The notes beneath the pieces were generated by a model. That model was not told the DNA's origin. It made no database searches and saw nothing but the letters and a program-made list of their open reading frames with translations. This document shows positions 60,501-64,000 of a stretch of DNA of 64,000 bases, one piece after another (positions within the stretch are counted from its first letter, which is position 1; every line of letters starts with the position of its first letter). Origin of the DNA: a virus; the IMG/VR virus record IMGVR_UViG_3300030328_001739, positions 6,453 through 70,452 of that record; one strand, given 5' to 3'. The position numbers and the translations under genes were made by a program.

Positions 60501-63303
60501 GGCTAGTGGTAGTTGGGGCGAGATTGCTGATTTAACTGGTTCTACTGGCTCTACTGGTCCTACCGGACCAACAGGACCTACTGGTCCTAGTGGGCCAGCA
60601 GGAGCAGATGGTTCAGACGGAAGCGCAGGACCAACAGGCCCTACTGGACCACAAGGACCAACGGGTTCAACAGGACCAGCAGGACCAACAGGTCCAGCAG
60701 GTAGTGATGGCTCTGATGGTGGAACAGGACCAACAGGCCCTACTGGACCGACAGGTCCAACAGGTCCATCGGGAGCAGCAGGTTCAGATGGTAGCGCAGG
60801 ACCAACAGGTCCAGCAGGTCCTACGGGACCTAGTGGACCAGCAGGAGCAGATGGTTCGGATGGAGCAACAGGTCCGACAGGTCCAGCAGGACCTACTGGA
60901 GCAGGAGGGGTAGACGGAGCAACGTGGACTTCTAGTAACACAACGCCTACTGGTGGTAGCAACGGAGACTTCCATCTTAATACTAGCAACGATAAAATAT
61001 ACAAAAAGGCTACTGGTAGTTGGGGAGAAATAGCAGATATAACTGGTACAGCAGGACCAACAGGACCGACAGGTCCAGCAGGACCAACAGGACCAACAGG
61101 ACCAGCAGGAAGTGATGGTGCAGACTCAAGCGTAGCAGGACCGACAGGACCAACAGGCCCGACAGGACCAGCAGGTCCAGCCGGTTCAGATGGTAGCGCA
61201 GGACCAACAGGACCAACTGGTCCTACCGGACCGACAGGTCCAGCAGGTGCAACAGGACCTACTGGTCCTGCTGGAAGCACAGGTCCAGAAGGTCTAGTAT
61301 GGAAAGGAACATGGGCTACTTCTACTGCATATGCAGTAGATGATGCAGCGTATTACTCAGTTGATGAATCGTCTTACATTTGTATCCAAGCACATACTTC
61401 ATCAGGTTCTATCTTACCAACTAATACTTCATACTGGAACGTCTTGGCGGCTCAAGGTGATACAGGTCCTACTGGACCGACAGGCCCAACAGGTCCTACT
61501 GGTCCTGCTGGTTCAACTGGACCGACAGGCCCAACTGGTCCAAGTGGTCCTGCTGGTTCTGATGGTTCTGATGGTAGTACTGGTCCAACTGGTCCAACTG
61601 GTCCAACTGGTCCTAGTGGACCAGCAGGTAGTGATGGCTCTGATGGTAGTACTGGACCTACTGGTCCAACTGGTCCTACTGGTCCTAGTGGGACTAACGG
61701 TGCTACTTGGACTTCTTCTAATACTACCCCTAGTGGCGGTAGCAACGGAGATTTCCATTACAATACATCTAATGATAAGATATACAAAAAAGCAACAGGT
61801 TCTTGGAGCGAAATAGCAGATATTACAGGAAGTACAGGAGCAACTGGCCCAACAGGTCCAGCAGGACCAACTGGTCCTACCGGACCGACAGGACCGGCAG
61901 GTAGTGATGGTTCTGATGGTAGTACAGGACCAACAGGGCCTACCGGACCTACCGGACCTACTGGACCTACTGGTCCCGCAGGTAGTGATGGTGATGATGG
62001 TTCTGATGGTGGTACAGGACCTACTGGTCCTACGGGTACAGCAGCAGGTTTTGGTACACCCACAGTAGGAAGTGGACCATTAGCAATTGCTTCAAGTGGA
62101 CCTAATACAGCAAAAGTATTTGCATTTACAATCCCACCGGGAGCGACAGGACCTAGTGGACCGACAGGCCCTACTGGACCAACAGGCCCTACTGGACCAA
62201 CAGGACCGGCTGGTTCTGATGGTAGTGATGGAAGTGATGGTTCAACTGGACCTGCTGGTGCTGCTGCTGGATTTGGTACGCCAACAGTAGGAAGTGGTCC
62301 ACTCGCTATATCTTCAAGTGGCCCTAATACAGCAAAGGTTTTTGCTTTTACAATTCCTCCGGGGTCAACTGGTCCGACTGGACCAACAGGCCCAACTGGT
62401 CCGACAGGTCCGACAGGACCTACTGGTCCGGCAGGTAGTGATGGTGATGACGGTTCAGACGGTAGTACAGGACCGGCAGGGGCAGCCGCAGGTTTTGGTA
62501 CGCCCACCGTAGGAAGTGGCCCGTTAGCAATATCATCTAGTGGACCGAATACTGCGAAGGTATTTGCATTTACTATTCCTCCCGGTTCAACAGGACCTAC
62601 TGGTCCAACAGGACCGACAGGACCTACTGGTCCTACTGGTCCTACCGGACCTGCTGGTTCTGATGGTAGTGATGGTTCTGATGGTAGTGATGGTGCCGCA
62701 GGAGCAGCAGCAGGTTTCGGTACACCGACAGTAGGTAGTGGTCCTTTAGCGATAGCATCTAGTGGACCTAATGCGGCTAAGGTGTTCGCATTTACAATTC
62801 CACCGGGAGCGACAGGACCTACTGGTCCTACTGGACCAACAGGACCGACTGGACCTACTGGACCGGCAGGGGCAGATGGAGACGATGGTTCAAACGGTAG
62901 TACAGGCCCAACGGGACCAACAGGACCAACAGGTCCAACAGGTCCTACTGGACCTACTGGTGTAACAAGCGGAACACAATCATTTTCGGGAGAAAAAACA
63001 TTTAGTGATGGGGTAAAACTAAATGAAGGTATGGTAGTTAGTCTTGGAAGTCTAACTGCTCTTAGTACAAGCCATGCAGGTAAATATATTTTAGTAACTG
63101 CTGCTGTAACTATGACTTTACCTACAAGCCCCGCAGTAGGAGAACAATATGTTATTGTAAGCAACCATGCAGGTACTACTACAATAGCCTGTCATGGTTC
63201 TCATACAATGAACGGTTCTGCTTCTAATCAAACAATTACTACTCGATATGATGCAAAAACCTTTATATGTATCGCTGCTAGCACATGGTTAGTAATAGGG
63301 TGA
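57505..63303 (+). CDS. collagen-like fibre protein 2 with repeated globular inserts
   Basis: Mtd_N-like start ([11 protein letters not shown]); Gly-X-Y tracts separated by three families of repeated domains and one CBM-like module. Confidence 0.9.
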   Translation: MSLSQSKNLLTGTQAERIGVTPDGAQMFRDTTSGAVFVGDGSTAGGHTIDVRPTIEKTDHYTCIREDEGRLIITNKGSAMTITIPANSSVAYPIDLTELRIFNKGSGAVTIAGAGGVAITGETNIIQNNKAFIRKTGSNNWTVILSQGTTGATGPTGPTGPTGPSGPTGSTGSAGPTGGTGPQGPAGPTGSTGPSGPTGPTGATGPTGPQGNFGGAGFKYDFSSTTTRSDPGAGKLRLNNNTQNASTGIYIDDSDLDGTDIQTFMRTIDDSTSTIKGHVKLTKLDDTSKFLMMTITSLTEESGYFDITVSVVDSSASNPFTDGDDLVITFARTGDKGDTGSTGPTGPTGSSGPTGPAGPTGADGPTGPAGSTGPTGLTGPQGAAGPTGPAGPTGSTGAAGPTGPAGPSGPTGPAGADGADSTVAGPAGPTGPTGATGAAGATGAAGPTGPTGPTGSQGPAGPTGPAGADGSDGGTGPTGPTGPTGPTGPSGSTGPTGNTGPTGNFGGASFKYDFSTTTANADPGAGKVRLSSSTQNTSTSIYLDDSDLDGTDIQSFMRTIDDSTSTIKGHLKITKYDDNSKFIMFTISSLSEETGYFNITVSPVDSSTASPFLDGNDVALTFARTGDKGETGSTGPTGPAGPTGSQGPTGPTGAAGPTGPAGSDGSDGSTGPTGPTGPAGPTGATGIAGPTGPTGAQGPAGPTGPSGSDGADGADSTVAGPTGPTGPTGPSGPTGPTGAFGGASFVYDFSTSTANADPGSGYLRLNNSTQNTATHIYIDDNDIDGEDIQSYLRTIDDSTSTIKGHVKISKKTDSGEFILFTISSLSEATGYFDITVAAVASSANSPFASNDDLYVTFARTGDKGDTGAAGPTGPTGPSGPTGPSGSDGSDGSTGPTGPAGPTGPAGPAGPTGADGPDGPAGSTGPTGPAGSTGPAGPTGPAGAAGSTGPTGPTGPTGATGPSGPTGTAGATWTSSNTTPTGGSDGDFHFNTSNDKVYKRASGSWGEIADLTGSTGSTGPTGPTGPTGPSGPAGADGSDGSAGPTGPTGPQGPTGSTGPAGPTGPAGSDGSDGGTGPTGPTGPTGPTGPSGAAGSDGSAGPTGPAGPTGPSGPAGADGSDGATGPTGPAGPTGAGGVDGATWTSSNTTPTGGSNGDFHLNTSNDKIYKKATGSWGEIADITGTAGPTGPTGPAGPTGPTGPAGSDGADSSVAGPTGPTGPTGPAGPAGSDGSAGPTGPTGPTGPTGPAGATGPTGPAGSTGPEGLVWKGTWATSTAYAVDDAAYYSVDESSYICIQAHTSSGSILPTNTSYWNVLAAQGDTGPTGPTGPTGPTGPAGSTGPTGPTGPSGPAGSDGSDGSTGPTGPTGPTGPSGPAGSDGSDGSTGPTGPTGPTGPSGTNGATWTSSNTTPSGGSNGDFHYNTSNDKIYKKATGSWSEIADITGSTGATGPTGPAGPTGPTGPTGPAGSDGSDGSTGPTGPTGPTGPTGPTGPAGSDGDDGSDGGTGPTGPTGTAAGFGTPTVGSGPLAIASSGPNTAKVFAFTIPPGATGPSGPTGPTGPTGPTGPTGPAGSDGSDGSDGSTGPAGAAAGFGTPTVGSGPLAISSSGPNTAKVFAFTIPPGSTGPTGPTGPTGPTGPTGPTGPAGSDGDDGSDGSTGPAGAAAGFGTPTVGSGPLAISSSGPNTAKVFAFTIPPGSTGPTGPTGPTGPTGPTGPTGPAGSDGSDGSDGSDGAAGAAAGFGTPTVGSGPLAIASSGPNAAKVFAFTIPPGATGPTGPTGPTGPTGPTGPAGADGDDGSNGSTGPTGPTGPTGPTGPTGPTGVTSGTQSFSGEKTFSDGVKLNEGMVVSLGSLTALSTSHAGKYILVTAAVTMTLPTSPAVGEQYVIVSNHAGTTTIACHGSHTMNGSASNQTITTRYDAKTFICIAASTWLVIG

Positions 63304-63307
63304 TATT

Positions 63308-63907
63308 ATGACTTGGATAGGGGTCTTAGCAACAATAGCCCAAGAAGGGCAAGCAGGTGTTCCACCTACCGCTTGTTCTATCGCTACTGCATCAAGTAAT
63401 GCAGGTGGGAATACAGATGATGCGGCTTGGGTTTCTTCGGGTGCAGGGTGTTCCTCTCCTGCCGATGCTATGCACAGTATAGCCCAAACAGGAACAAGTA
63501 GTGGTTGGTCTAGTGCTGATAGTGGTACTACAAGTGAATATACTCATTCTGCCCCTGTTGATGCTATTTTGCCTTTTAATGGTTGTTCATCGGTGGATTA
63601 CATACAAATTAAAGGATATATTAGAGCAACAAACGCAACAAGTTTTGCTTGGAATTGCACAATTGATGATGTCAACCTGAGTAATTCTTGTTCGGTTTCT
63701 ATGGGTACTAATGCAACAGCACAAGATTGCACAGGTACTACTCATGCAAATACTTGTACCATGACTTTCGGTGGCGGTAGAGGTGGTATAACCGGCCCTG
63801 CTGCGGGAGATGAATTAAAACTTCTAGTTAGAGCAACCGCTACTAATGCTAATGGTACTACTACAATAGCCCCTAAAGTAAGAATAGTTTATGATTATGT
63901 AGCATGA
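63308..63907 (+). CDS. S/T/A/C-rich putative virion protein
   Basis: Follows the fibre gene; beta-rich. Confidence 0.55.
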   Translation: MTWIGVLATIAQEGQAGVPPTACSIATASSNAGGNTDDAAWVSSGAGCSSPADAMHSIAQTGTSSGWSSADSGTTSEYTHSAPVDAILPFNGCSSVDYIQIKGYIRATNATSFAWNCTIDDVNLSNSCSVSMGTNATAQDCTGTTHANTCTMTFGGGRGGITGPAAGDELKLLVRATATNANGTTTIAPKVRIVYDYVA

Positions 63908-63917
63908 GTTGATTAAT

Positions 63918-64000
63918 ATGGCAGAAAGACAAAGAGTAATTTTACCGGAAGGAACATCGGGAGACTTCGCAATAAGACATTTTACAATGCAGACCACAGA
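63918..64000 (+). CDS. partial ORF running off the window
   Basis: MAERQRVILPEGTSGDFAIRHFTMQTT, open to the window end. Confidence 0.4.
   Translation, partial: MAERQRVILPEGTSGDFAIRHFTMQTT

Noticed and set aside
55752-63164. Many long alternative-frame and antisense ORFs (e.g. 60063..61280, 61758..63164)
   Set aside because: Shadows of the Gly-Pro-Thr codon repeats, which lack stops in other frames.
1-64000. tRNA genes, integrase, reverse transcriptase or inteins
   Set aside because: No cloverleaf with T-loop consensus in intergenic DNA and no matching protein motifs or oversized PolB/TerL/MCM seen; a tRNAscan-SE run would be needed to exclude tRNAs fully.

Overview
This window is most of the genome of a tailed (Caudoviricetes) archaeal virus, most likely a magrovirus-like virus of Marine Group II Euryarchaeota/Poseidoniales. 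That assignment is inferred from the archaeal-type replication genes, TATA-box leaderless promoters and an MGII-like Cys-repeat surface protein; no database search was run. Layout: (1) 25-11187 (+) tail module with chaperone pair, tape measure and a giant tail protein; (2) 11178-28298 (-) replication module with ERCC4 nuclease, PriS-PriL-like primase, Cas4-like nuclease, PolB, putative PCNA, C5 methyltransferase, ATPase, putative SSB, RFC, dNMP kinase, MCM-like helicase and a PAC2-like protein; (3) 28475-42815 (-) early/accessory region with many small ORFs, HNH, a MoxR-like AAA/VWA pair and two very acidic proteins; (4) 43068-63907 packaging and head module with TerL, portal, protease, capsid and two collagen-like fibre genes. 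Main unexplained signals: a strongly over-represented heptamer TAGCAAC across the window; a hairpin-dense block at 37.4-42.8 kb with recurring GAA/GGA and TAAA loops; a two-unit conserved-flank/variable-core cassette at 19.0-19.4 kb; a diverged palindromic element present twice (28.3 and 46.5 kb); apparent avoidance of GATC, AGCT and CCWGG; and a viral proteasome-chaperone-like protein. No tRNA, rRNA or CRISPR array was seen. All counts are by eye and approximate.
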